A stretch of 64,000 bases of DNA from Sphingomonas sp. Its GTDB lineage: Bacteria; Pseudomonadota; Alphaproteobacteria; Sphingomonadales; Sphingomonadaceae. Under the pieces are notes generated by a model. That model had not been told where the DNA came from and did no database searches. It saw only the letters and a list, made by a program, of their open reading frames with translations. Within the stretch, counting starts at the first letter, position 1. Each line of letters starts with the position of its first letter. A program made the translations under genes and the position numbers. This document shows, piece by piece, positions 52,860-62,795 of this stretch. Where the stretch lies: the NCBI GenBank assembly GCA_031362355.1, contig JANLSJ010000026.1:7240-71239 (forward strand), given 5' to 3'.

Positions 52860-53566
52860 CGCAGGCAACTGTCCAGGCCGCCGCGCGCGACAACAACGGT
52901 CCGCGCTGAAATCGCATTGCCATAGCGGCGGGTGTAGCCCTTCGGTACCACGGCACCGCGCTTTTTGGGGAGCGGTAGGACGGCGGCGATGCGCGCAGCT
53001 TCTGTTGTGCTCAGGCGGCTTGCATCATGTTTGAAATAGCGTTGCGCCCCGGCGTTGACGCCATAGGTGGCGATGCCGGTTTCCGCGATGTTGAGATAGA
53101 CTTCCATGATGCGGGGCTTGCCCCACAGATTCTCGATGAGCAGGGTGAACCATGCTTCGAGAGCCTTGCGAACATAGCCGCCGCCTTGCCAGAGAAAGGC
53201 ATTTTTGGCCGTTTGCTGGCTGATTGTCGAGCCGCCGCGAATGCGCCCGCCCTTTGCATTTCTTTTCATCGCCGATTCGATAGCCTCGCGGTCGAAACCA
53301 TTGTGAGTGCAAAACTTCGAGTCCTCGGCGGCAATCGCGGCCTGCGCCATGCTACGGTCAATCTGTGAAAGCGGCATCCAGTCGCGCGAAATCGATTCGC
53401 CACGCGTCATATCGCCAATCATCGTGAACGTGATTGGCGGCGGCACGAAGCGATAAATCAATACCCACAGCACGGAGCCCGCAACAAAATAGACAATCGC
53501 CCGGCCCAGAAACCAACCAATTCGATAGGCGGGACCGCGCCGAGTTGCGCCGCGCGATTTCGTCAC
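52856..53566 (-). CDS. mtgA: Monofunctional peptidoglycan glycosyltransferase
   Basis: AEDSKF, GGSTISQQTAKN, RKALE, YLN. Confidence 0.93.
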   Translation of the reverse strand: MTKSRGATRRGPAYRIGWFLGRAIVYFVAGSVLWVLIYRFVPPPITFTMIGDMTRGESISRDWMPLSQIDRSMAQAAIAAEDSKFCTHNGFDREAIESAMKRNAKGGRIRGGSTISQQTAKNAFLWQGGGYVRKALEAWFTLLIENLWGKPRIMEVYLNIAETGIATYGVNAGAQRYFKHDASRLSTTEAARIAAVLPLPKKRGAVVPKGYTRRYGNAISARTVVVARGGLDSCLR

Positions 53567-54471
53567 GCGAGGGCCAATGTCCCGTTCGTCCGCGCGATCC
53601 GCATCATCGCCTTTTGCAGCTTGTCAAAGGCGCGAACTTCGATCTGGCGGACCCGCTCGCGTGAAACACCATAGACCTGACTCAATTCCTCAAGCGTTTT
53701 CGGCTCTTCGATCAGGCGGCGTTCGGTCAGGATATGCTTTTCGCGTTCGTTCAGATCGTCCATTGCTTCGGCAAGCATGGCATGACGGTGGACACGTTCC
53801 TGACTGTCGCCAATTTCTTCGTCCTGCAACGGTCCTTCGTCGGCAAGCCAATCCTGCCACTGCTGCCCCTCGCCGTCGTCTGACATGCTGACATTGAGCG
53901 ACGTATCGCCGCCCATTGCCATGCGACGGTTCATACTCACGACCTCGGCTTCGGTAACGCCGAGATCCGTGGCAATCTTCTTGACGTCTTCGGGGCGGAG
54001 GTCTCCGTCTTCAAAAGCTTCGAGATTATTCTTCATGCGCCGCAGATTGAAAAACAACTTCTTCTGCGCCGCTGTCGTGCCCATTTTGACGAGAGACCAG
54101 CTGCGCAGGATAAATTCCTGTATCGACGCGCGAATCCACCACATCGCATAAGTCGCAAGGCGGAAACCGCGATCAGGCTCGAACTTCTTCACGCCCTGCA
54201 TCAGGCCGATATTTCCTTCTGAGATCAGCTCGGAAACTGGCAGGCCATAACCGCGAAACCCCATCGCGATTTTCGCGACGAGTCGCAGATGTGACGTAAC
54301 AAGCCGCTCCGCCGCTTCGGGATCGCCATGCTCCTGAAATCGCTTGGCGAGCATATATTCTTCCTCGGGCGTCAGGAGAGGAAATTTCCTGATTTCCGAT
54401 AGATAACGGTTGAGACTGGCTTCACCACCCAAAGCCGGGATGGTCGCGGGAACATTGCTTTTACCGGCCAT
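53563..54471 (-). CDS. rpoH: RNA polymerase sigma-32 factor
   Basis: RpoH box QKKLFFNLR, SHLRLV, SRERVRQIE. Confidence 0.96.
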   Translation of the reverse strand: MAGKSNVPATIPALGGEASLNRYLSEIRKFPLLTPEEEYMLAKRFQEHGDPEAAERLVTSHLRLVAKIAMGFRGYGLPVSELISEGNIGLMQGVKKFEPDRGFRLATYAMWWIRASIQEFILRSWSLVKMGTTAAQKKLFFNLRRMKNNLEAFEDGDLRPEDVKKIATDLGVTEAEVVSMNRRMAMGGDTSLNVSMSDDGEGQQWQDWLADEGPLQDEEIGDSQERVHRHAMLAEAMDDLNEREKHILTERRLIEEPKTLEELSQVYGVSRERVRQIEVRAFDKLQKAMMRIARTNGTLALA

Positions 54472-54526
54472 GATGACCTTCATTCTCCCTGAATGCCCGC
54501 CGATATAGGAAGGGATTCGCAAATTT

Positions 54527-55468
54527 CTATAGCGCAAAAGCGCTGAACAGTTGCTGCATATCGTCCGGCATTTCGCTTTCAAAATGCATAGTTTCTCTAC
54601 TAACCGGATGGATGAAGCCAAGTTCCGCCGCATGGAGCGCTTGGCGTTTGAAATTCAAGCTTTTCAGGACTGCGCAATGGTTCGGACGAACACTTCCATA
54701 GACAGGGTCACCAAGCAGCGGATGACCGATCGACGACATATGGACGCGTATCTGGTGCGTTCGCCCGGTTTCGAGGCGACACTCGATGAACGCTGCATCC
54801 TTCAACGCGCTGAGTAGTGTATAATGGGTCACGGCGCGCTTCCCGCGTGCCTGAATTGCGACTTTCTTGCGATCATGCGTGCTGCGAGCGAGGGGGGCAT
54901 CGACCGTACCGGACGTCGGGACGCCTGCGACGATGGCCTTATAGCGGCGATTGATGCTGTGGTTGGCAAATTGTGCCGAAAGCCCCTCGTGCGCTGGGTC
55001 GGTCTTTGCGACGACCAACAACCCCGAAGTGTCTTTGTCGATCCGGTGGACAATGCCGGGCCTCGCCACGCCCCCGATGCCCGAGAGGCGACCGGCGCAG
55101 TGATGCAGCAAAGCGTTGACCAATGTGCCGTCATAATTGCCCGCGGCAGGGTGCACGACGAGGCCCGCTGGCTTGTCCACAATTAACAGATGTTCGTCCT
55201 CAAACAGGATTGTCAAAGCAATGTCTTGCGCAACATTATGCGCAGGTCGCGCTTCGGGGACGTCAATATCGAATGCGCTACCGCCGGTCGTCTTCATCGC
55301 CGGGTCACGCGCCAGCCCGGCCGGACCGCGCACATGCCCGCTTGAGATCAGTGCCTTCAACCGCTCGCGCGACATCGTCGGCACGGCGAACGCGAGCGCG
55401 CGGTCCAGCCGCCAGCCGTCCTGTGCATTGTCAAGCAGCACTGAAACTGTAGAAAAATCACCAGTCAT
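54527..55468 (-). CDS. rluD: RluA-family pseudouridine synthase with S4 domain
   Basis: KPAGLVVHP, HRIDKDTSG, TGRTHQIRVH, QALHA. Confidence 0.9.
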   Translation of the reverse strand: MTGDFSTVSVLLDNAQDGWRLDRALAFAVPTMSRERLKALISSGHVRGPAGLARDPAMKTTGGSAFDIDVPEARPAHNVAQDIALTILFEDEHLLIVDKPAGLVVHPAAGNYDGTLVNALLHHCAGRLSGIGGVARPGIVHRIDKDTSGLLVVAKTDPAHEGLSAQFANHSINRRYKAIVAGVPTSGTVDAPLARSTHDRKKVAIQARGKRAVTHYTLLSALKDAAFIECRLETGRTHQIRVHMSSIGHPLLGDPVYGSVRPNHCAVLKSLNFKRQALHAAELGFIHPVSRETMHFESEMPDDMQQLFSAFAL

Positions 55469-55485
55469 CGCTAAACCCTGTGGCC

Positions 55486-55881
55486 ATGATTCAGCACATA
55501 TCAAGCAAATTACACCAGCAGCTGCTGGCAGAGGCCTCAGCGTCACCTCATGCAGAGATTTGCGGAATTCTGATCGGGGACGCGGTGATAGAGCGGTTGA
55601 TCGCAGCCCCTAACGTCGCAACCGATCCATCGCACGCGTTCGAAATTGACCCGACCACGCTATTTGCCGCGATCAAGGGCGAACGTGCAGGAGAGGGGCG
55701 CATACTTGGCTATTATCACTCACATCCCCACAGCGGCGCCGCCCGGCCGTCGGCGACGGATACCATTCATGCGCCATTCGACGGGCGCATTTGGCTGATC
55801 GTCACGCAACGTGAGATTACGGCGTGGCGCAAGGATGAAACGAATAAATTCAAACCGGTACCCATGACCATCGACGATTGA
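55486..55881 (+). CDS. JAB/MPN (Mov34) metallopeptidase
   Basis: EICG and YHSHP...PSATD JAMM motif. Confidence 0.88.
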   Translation: MIQHISSKLHQQLLAEASASPHAEICGILIGDAVIERLIAAPNVATDPSHAFEIDPTTLFAAIKGERAGEGRILGYYHSHPHSGAARPSATDTIHAPFDGRIWLIVTQREITAWRKDETNKFKPVPMTIDD

Positions 55882-55925
55882 ACGCCAAGCGACCAACTGT
55901 GTTGGAAATATCACGCCGCTGTTGT

Positions 55926-58160
55926 ATGAATGCCACGATGCAGCCCCGGATGGCACAGTGGCGACGGCGTTTGACCGTCCTGATCGGTCGCCGCCGCTGG
56001 ATACCCTATGTCGAAATCGGCGTGGTGACTGCGCTGCTTCTCGTCATGACCGCCAGCTATTTGGTCCTTGCCGAAGGTGAGCCCGGGCAAAAATTACTGA
56101 CCCCACCCATCGTTGCGCTGATGCTGGTGGCTAATCTTGTTCCGGCGATTGCGTTGATCGTTTTGATCGGGCGTCGCGTGGCAAAGGGCAGGGCCGCTGC
56201 GTCGCCGGTTGGCGGCGGCGGTCGGCTACACGTTCGTCTCGTCGGTATTTTCTCGCTCGTTGCCAGCGTTCCGATGCTGCTTGTGGTGCTGTTTTCGTCT
56301 CTGCTTTTTCAATATGGTGTTCAATTCTGGTTCTCGGATCAGGCGCGCGGGATGCTCCAGAATGCAAACAGTCTCGCGCAAGGTTATTATCAGGAAAAAA
56401 TGCAAGCAGTTGCCGGTGAGACCGTTACCATGGCAGGCGATTTGCGCGACTATCTGGCGCAGGCATCGACACAGAGTCCCGCATTTGCGGAGGGGTATGC
56501 GTGGCAGGTGCTGAACCGGAACCTGACCGAATCTGCGATCGTCGAGGTGACAACGTCAGGGCCGAAGACCATCGCAATGGTCAATCCCGATGCTCGGCCA
56601 GTTGAAAAGCGGGTATCGACAACGATCTTGGCGCAACTGACCGCAGGGAAGCCCGTCGTTGTCTCAACGAGTTCGGATCGGATCGAAGCCGTCACGCGGC
56701 TTTTTCCAGACAAGAACATCTATCTGTACGCCTCACGCATTTCGGATCGTCAGGCGCTCATGCAGACCGAACGCGCTAAGAATGTCCTCGCGGATTATGA
56801 TGGGTTACTCGACCGCGCAAGGCGCCTTCAGTTGCAGTTTAATGCGGCGCTGTTCGTCATTTCTTTGTTTATTGTCGGCATCGCGGTCTGGATCGCGCTC
56901 AATGTTGCTGACCGGCTGGTGCGCCCCGTGGGCGAGCTTGTTGGCGCATCGCGACGGGTTGCAGCCGGTGATTTGTCGGCGCGGGTAGCATCGCCGATTG
57001 GCAAGGACGAAGTCGGCACATTGGCGACAGCGTTCAACACGATGACGCGGCGGCTTGAGGAGCAAACCGGTGCGCTTGAAAGCCGTCGCGCGCTGATTGA
57101 AGCGGTTTTAACAGGCGTTTCGGCCGGCGTGGTGTCGGTGGATCAGGAACGTGCCGTCCGTCTCATGAACGCATCGGCGCGGACCTTGCTCGCTACTGAG
57201 GGCGAAACACCGATTGGCGCGCCACTGTCTAGCCTTGCACCAGAACTTGATGCCGCGCTCGACCGGCGCGAACGTGAGACAATCGTCCAACTAACCTCGG
57301 GCGGTGAACCGCGAACACTTGCAGTCAAGATCGTTAGTGATGAGCGCGGCCATGTGCTGACATTCGACGACATCACCCAGCAACTACTCGACCAGCGCCG
57401 CGCTGCCTGGTCCGACGTGGCACGGCGCATAGCCCATGAGATCAAGAATCCACTGACACCGATCCAGTTGGCTGCCGAGCGCCTTAAGCGGCGCTATGCG
57501 GGTGAAATCACATCAGATCCTGCGACGTTCGAACGGCTAACCGATACCATTGTCCGTCAAGTTGGCGATCTTCGCCGCATGGTCGATGAATTTTCATCGT
57601 TCGCACGGATGCCGAAACCGGTTTTCCGCGAGGAGTATCTCGTCGACATCGCGCGTCAGGCGTTGTTCCTGCATGAAGTTGCGCATCCGAACATCAAGTT
57701 CACGCTCAGTGTCCCCGAAACGCCTCCCATGATGATATGCGATCGGCGACAATTGGGTCAGGCGCTCACGAATATCGTCAAAAATGCTGTCGAGGCGATT
57801 GCGCAGTTGCCGGATGGTGACAAGGCGGAGGGCAGCATTTCGATTACGATTAGTGAATCACCCGATGGTCCGATCTGTATCGAGATTGCCGACAGTGGCA
57901 TTGGCCTGCCTGCGGAACGCGACCGCTTGGTCGAACCTTATATGACGACGCGCGCTCGGGGCACTGGCCTCGGGTTGGCCATCGTTAAAAAGATCGTTGA
58001 GGAACATTTTGGAACAATGGCCTTTTCTGACCGCAATCAGGGCGGCACGATTGTGAGCCTCTGGTTTGATCCCGCTCTGCTTGCGCCACTTGCCGGGGGG
58101 CATGACGAACCGGTCGACGAACCGGTCCCCGCTGACCTTGCCCGGATAGGAAACAACTGA
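55926..58160 (+). CDS. ntrY: Sensor histidine kinase NtrY
   Basis: TM helices, HAMP, PAS, AHEIKNPLTP H-box, GTGLGL; start uncertain. Confidence 0.92.
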   Translation: MNATMQPRMAQWRRRLTVLIGRRRWIPYVEIGVVTALLLVMTASYLVLAEGEPGQKLLTPPIVALMLVANLVPAIALIVLIGRRVAKGRAAASPVGGGGRLHVRLVGIFSLVASVPMLLVVLFSSLLFQYGVQFWFSDQARGMLQNANSLAQGYYQEKMQAVAGETVTMAGDLRDYLAQASTQSPAFAEGYAWQVLNRNLTESAIVEVTTSGPKTIAMVNPDARPVEKRVSTTILAQLTAGKPVVVSTSSDRIEAVTRLFPDKNIYLYASRISDRQALMQTERAKNVLADYDGLLDRARRLQLQFNAALFVISLFIVGIAVWIALNVADRLVRPVGELVGASRRVAAGDLSARVASPIGKDEVGTLATAFNTMTRRLEEQTGALESRRALIEAVLTGVSAGVVSVDQERAVRLMNASARTLLATEGETPIGAPLSSLAPELDAALDRRERETIVQLTSGGEPRTLAVKIVSDERGHVLTFDDITQQLLDQRRAAWSDVARRIAHEIKNPLTPIQLAAERLKRRYAGEITSDPATFERLTDTIVRQVGDLRRMVDEFSSFARMPKPVFREEYLVDIARQALFLHEVAHPNIKFTLSVPETPPMMICDRRQLGQALTNIVKNAVEAIAQLPDGDKAEGSISITISESPDGPICIEIADSGIGLPAERDRLVEPYMTTRARGTGLGLAIVKKIVEEHFGTMAFSDRNQGGTIVSLWFDPALLAPLAGGHDEPVDEPVPADLARIGNN

Positions 58161-59542
58161 TGGCGCTCGACATTCTTGTGGTGGACGATGAACGCGATAT
58201 TCGCGATCTCGTCGCGGGCGTTCTCGAAGATGAGGGTTACACGGCGCGGACGGCCGCAAACAGCGATGCCGCGCTGGCGGCAATTGCCGAGCGTCGTCCT
58301 AGCCTCGTTTTGCTGGACGTCTGGCTGCAAGGATCGCGGCTTGACGGTCTTGATCTGCTCGATGTTCTGAAAGCAAATGATCCGTCACTCCCGGTGCTGG
58401 TCATTTCGGGGCACGGCAGCATTGATACAGCGGTGGCAGCCATCCGGCGCGGCGCCGTTGATTTCATCGAAAAACCGTTTGAAGCCGAGCGATTGGTTTT
58501 GCTTGTCGAGCGCGCAACCGAAACGCAACGGCTGCGGCGCGAGAACGAAGTTTTGAAGGCGCGCAGTGGCGGCGATGATGAACTCAACGGCGTCTCTGGC
58601 ACGATAAATGCCGTCCGGGCCACGCTGAAGCGCGTCGCAGGGACGGGGAGCCGCGTGCTCATCACTGGCCCTGCCGGCGTCGGCAAAGAGGTTGCCGCGC
58701 GCCTTCTCCACAATTGGTCAAACCGCGCGCCATCACCCTTCGTCGTTGTTAGCGCCGCGCGGATGGAGCCCGAACGGGTCGAGGAAGAGCTATTCGGTGT
58801 GGAAGAGGGGAGCGACATTGTCCGTCCGGGCCTTCTCGAACAAGCACATGGCGGCACCTTGTTCCTTGACGAAATCGCTGACATGCCTGTGACTGCACAG
58901 GCAAAAATTCTCCGCGTCCTGACCGAACAGAGCTTCGTCCGCGTCGGCGGATCGCGCACGGTGCGCGTCGATGTCCGCGTTGTCTCCGCAACATCGCGCA
59001 TCCTTGCCGACGAGATTGCTGCCGGTCGGTTCCGCGAAGATCTTTATTATCGCCTCAATGTCGTGCCGGTGCATCTGCCGCCGCTCGCAGATCGCCGCGA
59101 AGATATTCCGCCGCTCGTCGAGCATTTCCTCGCGCGCTATGCCGCCGAGCGGCGTGTCAACACGCCCGAAATCGCGCGCGATGCGATGGCAGCGCTGCAA
59201 GCCTATGACTGGCCAGGCAACGTCCGCCAGCTGCGCAATATCGTCGAGCGGACGATGATCCTCGCGCCCGGTGACCGGCTCGCGCGGATCGACGTCGATC
59301 TGTTGCCACCCGAAGTCCTCGGTGATCCTGTCGTCGGGCATGGTCATGGCAATAGTGCGGTGATGGGTGCACCGTTGCGTGAGGCTCGCGAAACATTCGA
59401 GCGCGAATATCTCCGCGTTCAAATCCGCCGTTTTTCGGGAAACATTTCGCGCACCGCGAGTTTTATCGGGATGGAGCGATCCGCGCTTCACCGGAAACTG
59501 AAAATCCTCGGGATCACTGACATCAAGGAAGGTGACGAGTAA
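58160..59542 (+). CDS. ntrX: Response regulator NtrX
   Basis: Receiver LLDVWL, AAA+ domain lacking GAFTGA, HTH ISRTASFIGMERSALHRKL. Confidence 0.94.
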   Translation: MALDILVVDDERDIRDLVAGVLEDEGYTARTAANSDAALAAIAERRPSLVLLDVWLQGSRLDGLDLLDVLKANDPSLPVLVISGHGSIDTAVAAIRRGAVDFIEKPFEAERLVLLVERATETQRLRRENEVLKARSGGDDELNGVSGTINAVRATLKRVAGTGSRVLITGPAGVGKEVAARLLHNWSNRAPSPFVVVSAARMEPERVEEELFGVEEGSDIVRPGLLEQAHGGTLFLDEIADMPVTAQAKILRVLTEQSFVRVGGSRTVRVDVRVVSATSRILADEIAAGRFREDLYYRLNVVPVHLPPLADRREDIPPLVEHFLARYAAERRVNTPEIARDAMAALQAYDWPGNVRQLRNIVERTMILAPGDRLARIDVDLLPPEVLGDPVVGHGHGNSAVMGAPLREARETFEREYLRVQIRRFSGNISRTASFIGMERSALHRKLKILGITDIKEGDE

Positions 59543-59641
59543 GCCTTTCGCAATTGCCGGATTCGCGATATGATGCTGCATTGCCGCAGAAGCGGTTAAA
59601 CCTGCGGATCTACGTGTCCGCCAAAACCAAAAGGCAAAGCC

Positions 59642-60130
59642 ATGGCCGACAAGCCCAATAACCTACAGGATTTGTTCCTGAATTCGCTGCGCAAGGCAAA
59701 AACACCGGTGACGATGTTCCTTGTAAAAGGCGTCAAGCTGCAGGGAATCATCACCTGGTTCGACAATTTTTCGGTCCTTCTGCGCCGTGACGGCCAGTCA
59801 CAGCTGATCTACAAACACGCGATCTCGACCGTTATGCCCGCCAACCCGCTCGACCTCGCGCCGGTTGCAGCAGCTTTTGCAGAAGACACGAGCAAGCCGA
59901 AGCAATTGCAGGATATTTTCCTCACCGCCGTCCGCCGTCAGAATAACCCTGTGACAATGTTCCTCGTCAACGGCGTGATGCTTCAGGGCGAAATCGCGGC
60001 TTATGACTTGTTTTGCATGCTACTGCAGCGCGATGGCATGGTGCAGCTTGTCTATAAACATGCTGTCTCAACCGTGCAGCCCGCGCATCCGCTCAATCTT
60101 GCCGAAGAAGGCACAGATGATGAGGACTGA
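59642..60130 (+). CDS. hfq: RNA chaperone Hfq with two tandem Sm domains
   Basis: Two copies of LQD.FL...VTMFLV.GV.LQG...QL.YKHA.STV.P. Confidence 0.95.
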   Translation: MADKPNNLQDLFLNSLRKAKTPVTMFLVKGVKLQGIITWFDNFSVLLRRDGQSQLIYKHAISTVMPANPLDLAPVAAAFAEDTSKPKQLQDIFLTAVRRQNNPVTMFLVNGVMLQGEIAAYDLFCMLLQRDGMVQLVYKHAVSTVQPAHPLNLAEEGTDDED

Positions 60131-60139
60131 TCCAACGTC

Positions 60140-61438
60140 TTGAGTGCTTTCGAACTTCAGCGTGAAGAAGGCCTGAGCCGCGGGGCGAGGGCGGTGGTCG
60201 TGTATCCTGATCAGCGCAAAGGCGGCGCGCGTGATGTTGACGCGCGACTTGCCGAGGCGGCGGGGTTAGCCGAGGCTATCGGCATTGACGTGGTCGATAG
60301 CGCCGCACCGCATGTTCGTGCACCTAAAGCCGCCACATTATTCGGAAGCGGCCAGATCGAGGCAATCACGGCCCGTTTGCGTGCGCATGATGCCGAACTG
60401 CTGATCGTCGATGGGGCGCTGACACCAATCCAGCAACGTAATCTTGAAACTGAAACCAAGTCGAAAGTCATCGACCGCACTGGCCTTATCCTCGAAATTT
60501 TTGGGGAACGCGCAGCGAGCGCCGAGGGGCGGCTACAAGTCGAACTCGCGCACCTTGATTATCAAGCTGGACGCCTCGTGCGCAGTTGGACCCACCTTGA
60601 GCGCCAACGCGGTGGCTTCGGTTTCCTTGGTGGTCCCGGCGAAACGCAAATCGAGGCCGACCGTCGCTTGATCCGTGATCGCATGGCAAAGCTGCGCCGC
60701 GACCTCGATCAGGTCGTCCGCACGCGCGGTCTCCACCGCGATCGCCGCAAACGTGCGCCGTGGCCGGTCGTCGCCCTCGTTGGCTATACCAACGCCGGGA
60801 AATCAACACTTTTCAATCGCTTGACCGGTTGTGACGTTATGGCGGAAGACTTGTTGTTCGCAACACTTGATCCAACGATGCGCGAGATTGCGCTGCCGGG
60901 ATTGTCGAAAATCATCCTGTCGGACACGGTCGGATTCATCTCGGATTTGCCGACGCAACTCGTCGCGGCGTTTCGTGCCACACTTGAGGAAGTGACATCG
61001 GCGGACCTCATCGTCCATGTCCGCGACATTTCGCACGCAGATAGTGATGCGCAAGCTGCCGATGTCGATGATGTGCTGACGGATTTGGGGGTGATCGGAT
61101 CGGCGGGGGGCACACCGATACTGGAACTTTGGAACAAGGTTGATCTGGTCGATGACGAACGCCGTGAAATGATCCTCGCGGAGACCATGCGCCGCGATGA
61201 CGTTGTGCCAATATCCGCCGTTACCGGTTTTGGAATGGAGGCGTTGCGCTCACGGCTCGCCGAGCGCCTGACCATCGCGCGTCGCCTTCGCCATATCGAA
61301 CTTTCGCCCGGTGATGGTGCCGGGCGCGCCTGGCTCCATGCCCATGGCAGTGTCGAAAGCGAAAGCGGGGAAGGGGACATCACGACCGTTGCTGTCCGCC
61401 TCAGCGACGCAGATTATGCGCGCTATCAGTTGCGCTGA
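60140..61438 (+). CDS. hflX: GTPase HflX
   Basis: GPGETQIE, GYTNAGKS, LFATLD, DTVGF, NKVD. Confidence 0.96.
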   Translation: MSAFELQREEGLSRGARAVVVYPDQRKGGARDVDARLAEAAGLAEAIGIDVVDSAAPHVRAPKAATLFGSGQIEAITARLRAHDAELLIVDGALTPIQQRNLETETKSKVIDRTGLILEIFGERAASAEGRLQVELAHLDYQAGRLVRSWTHLERQRGGFGFLGGPGETQIEADRRLIRDRMAKLRRDLDQVVRTRGLHRDRRKRAPWPVVALVGYTNAGKSTLFNRLTGCDVMAEDLLFATLDPTMREIALPGLSKIILSDTVGFISDLPTQLVAAFRATLEEVTSADLIVHVRDISHADSDAQAADVDDVLTDLGVIGSAGGTPILELWNKVDLVDDERREMILAETMRRDDVVPISAVTGFGMEALRSRLAERLTIARRLRHIELSPGDGAGRAWLHAHGSVESESGEGDITTVAVRLSDADYARYQLR

Positions 61439-62169
61439 GCTTCCTTGGCTGCGGTCCAAAGCTGTTCCTTTTCATCAAGTGAAAGCGCTGAAAAGCCATC
61501 CGCAACCTCGATCACACGGAATCGCCGTTCAAACTTCGCATTGGCACGCCGCAAAGCAACTTCAGGATCAACCCTCAGATGTCGTGCGAGGTTCACGACG
61601 GCAAAAAGCAGGTCGCCGACTTCGTCTTCGCGAGCATCATCGGACGTAGCAGTTTCGACTTCTGACAGTTCTTCGAGAATTTTGTCGCGCGGACCATTTG
61701 TATCCGGCCAATCAAACCCCGTGCGCGCGGCGCGCTTCTGCAGTTTCTCGGCACGCATCAGCGCGGGTAAAGCGAGTGCGACGTCATCAAGTGCACTCGC
61801 ATCGCTACGCTCGGCTGCCTTCAAGGCTTCCCAATCGGGCCGCACTGTCGCGTCGCCAAAGATATGCGGATGGCGGCGCTCCATCTTGTCCGCGATGGCC
61901 GTCGCAACATCGTCGAGCGAGAACTGACCAGCTTGTTCGGCAATCCGCGCATGCAGGACGACCTGAAACAGTAAATCACCCAACTCTTCCTTGATTGCCG
62001 CTGGATCGTCGCGCGCAATTGCGTCAGCAACTTCATAGGCTTCCTCAATGGTGTAAGGTGCAATCGTCGCAAAGGTCTGCACACGATCCCAGTCGCATCC
62101 GTTCACTGGATCACGCAATTGTTCAACAATGGCGCGAATCCGCGACAGGGGGGCTTCATTCATCGACAT
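61426..62169 (-). CDS. mazG: Nucleoside triphosphate pyrophosphohydrolase
   Basis: EEAYEV, EELGDLL, RRHPHIF, EVGDLLF, NAKFERRF. Confidence 0.95.
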   Translation of the reverse strand: MSMNEAPLSRIRAIVEQLRDPVNGCDWDRVQTFATIAPYTIEEAYEVADAIARDDPAAIKEELGDLLFQVVLHARIAEQAGQFSLDDVATAIADKMERRHPHIFGDATVRPDWEALKAAERSDASALDDVALALPALMRAEKLQKRAARTGFDWPDTNGPRDKILEELSEVETATSDDAREDEVGDLLFAVVNLARHLRVDPEVALRRANAKFERRFRVIEVADGFSALSLDEKEQLWTAAKEAQRN

Positions 62170-62173
62170 CTTT

Positions 62174-62201
62174 AAGTCCGATAATATGCATTATGTTAAA
62201 T
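62174..62201 (+). other. dif: XerCD recombination site dif
   Basis: AAGTCCGATAA-TATGCA-TTATGTTAAAT: 11-6-11 layout, right arm identical to the E. coli XerD arm, intergenic and AT-rich. Confidence 0.88.
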
Positions 62202-62204
62202 AGA

Positions 62205-62795
62205 CTAGGGCTCAAGGATTAGCGTAGCCCCCTCGAGGCGCCAACTTTTCAGAGCCGACAAAAAGCTCATCCCGAGCAAATTCGTGTCACCAAGGCCTTC
62301 GCTGCCGATCAGAATCTTGGCATTGCGCTGGACAATGTTGCCAACAGCGAGCGTGTCAATTTCGGCACGTTGCAATTCAACGGTGCCGTTGGCTGTATCA
62401 ACGAGCACGGGAAATCCACCTGATGGTTTGAGGCCCGCAGCTCGGGCCGACGATTGCGACAATGTCGTCGTGGTCGCGCCGCTGTCGATCATAAACCGGA
62501 CTGGTGTTCCATTGATTGCGGCGCGCACCCAATAATGCCCGTCTTCCTCGCGCTTCAGTCGCAGCGTCTTGCCTTCGACTTGACCGGCATCGCCGGAAAT
62601 CTCTGCAGTCGCGCGGCGCCAGACTTCCCGCCCCTCATCCTTGAACAGAAATAGAACAAAGAAACCGCCGAAAATTGCAACCCACATCAGCGCCATCTTG
62701 ATGGCTTTGCCAATCGGCAATTTCTGCGCGACCAAGCTCGAGATCACGAGGACCAGCGCCCCGATACCCCAGACGAAGGATATGCCGTCGTCCAT
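62205..62795 (-). CDS. Clan AA (retropepsin-like) aspartic protease, TIGR02281 type
   Basis: Two N-terminal TMs, DGHYWV, FMIDSGAT, TANG, NLLGMSFL. Confidence 0.9.
   Translation of the reverse strand: MDDGISFVWGIGALVLVISSLVAQKLPIGKAIKMALMWVAIFGGFFVLFLFKDEGREVWRRATAEISGDAGQVEGKTLRLKREEDGHYWVRAAINGTPVRFMIDSGATTTTLSQSSARAAGLKPSGGFPVLVDTANGTVELQRAEIDTLAVGNIVQRNAKILIGSEGLGDTNLLGMSFLSALKSWRLEGATLILEP

Noticed and set aside
55486-55881. JAB protein as part of a CBASS or Bil-type ubiquitin-like defence system
   Set aside because: No cyclase, E1/E2 or ubiquitin-like gene nearby; core-gene neighbours
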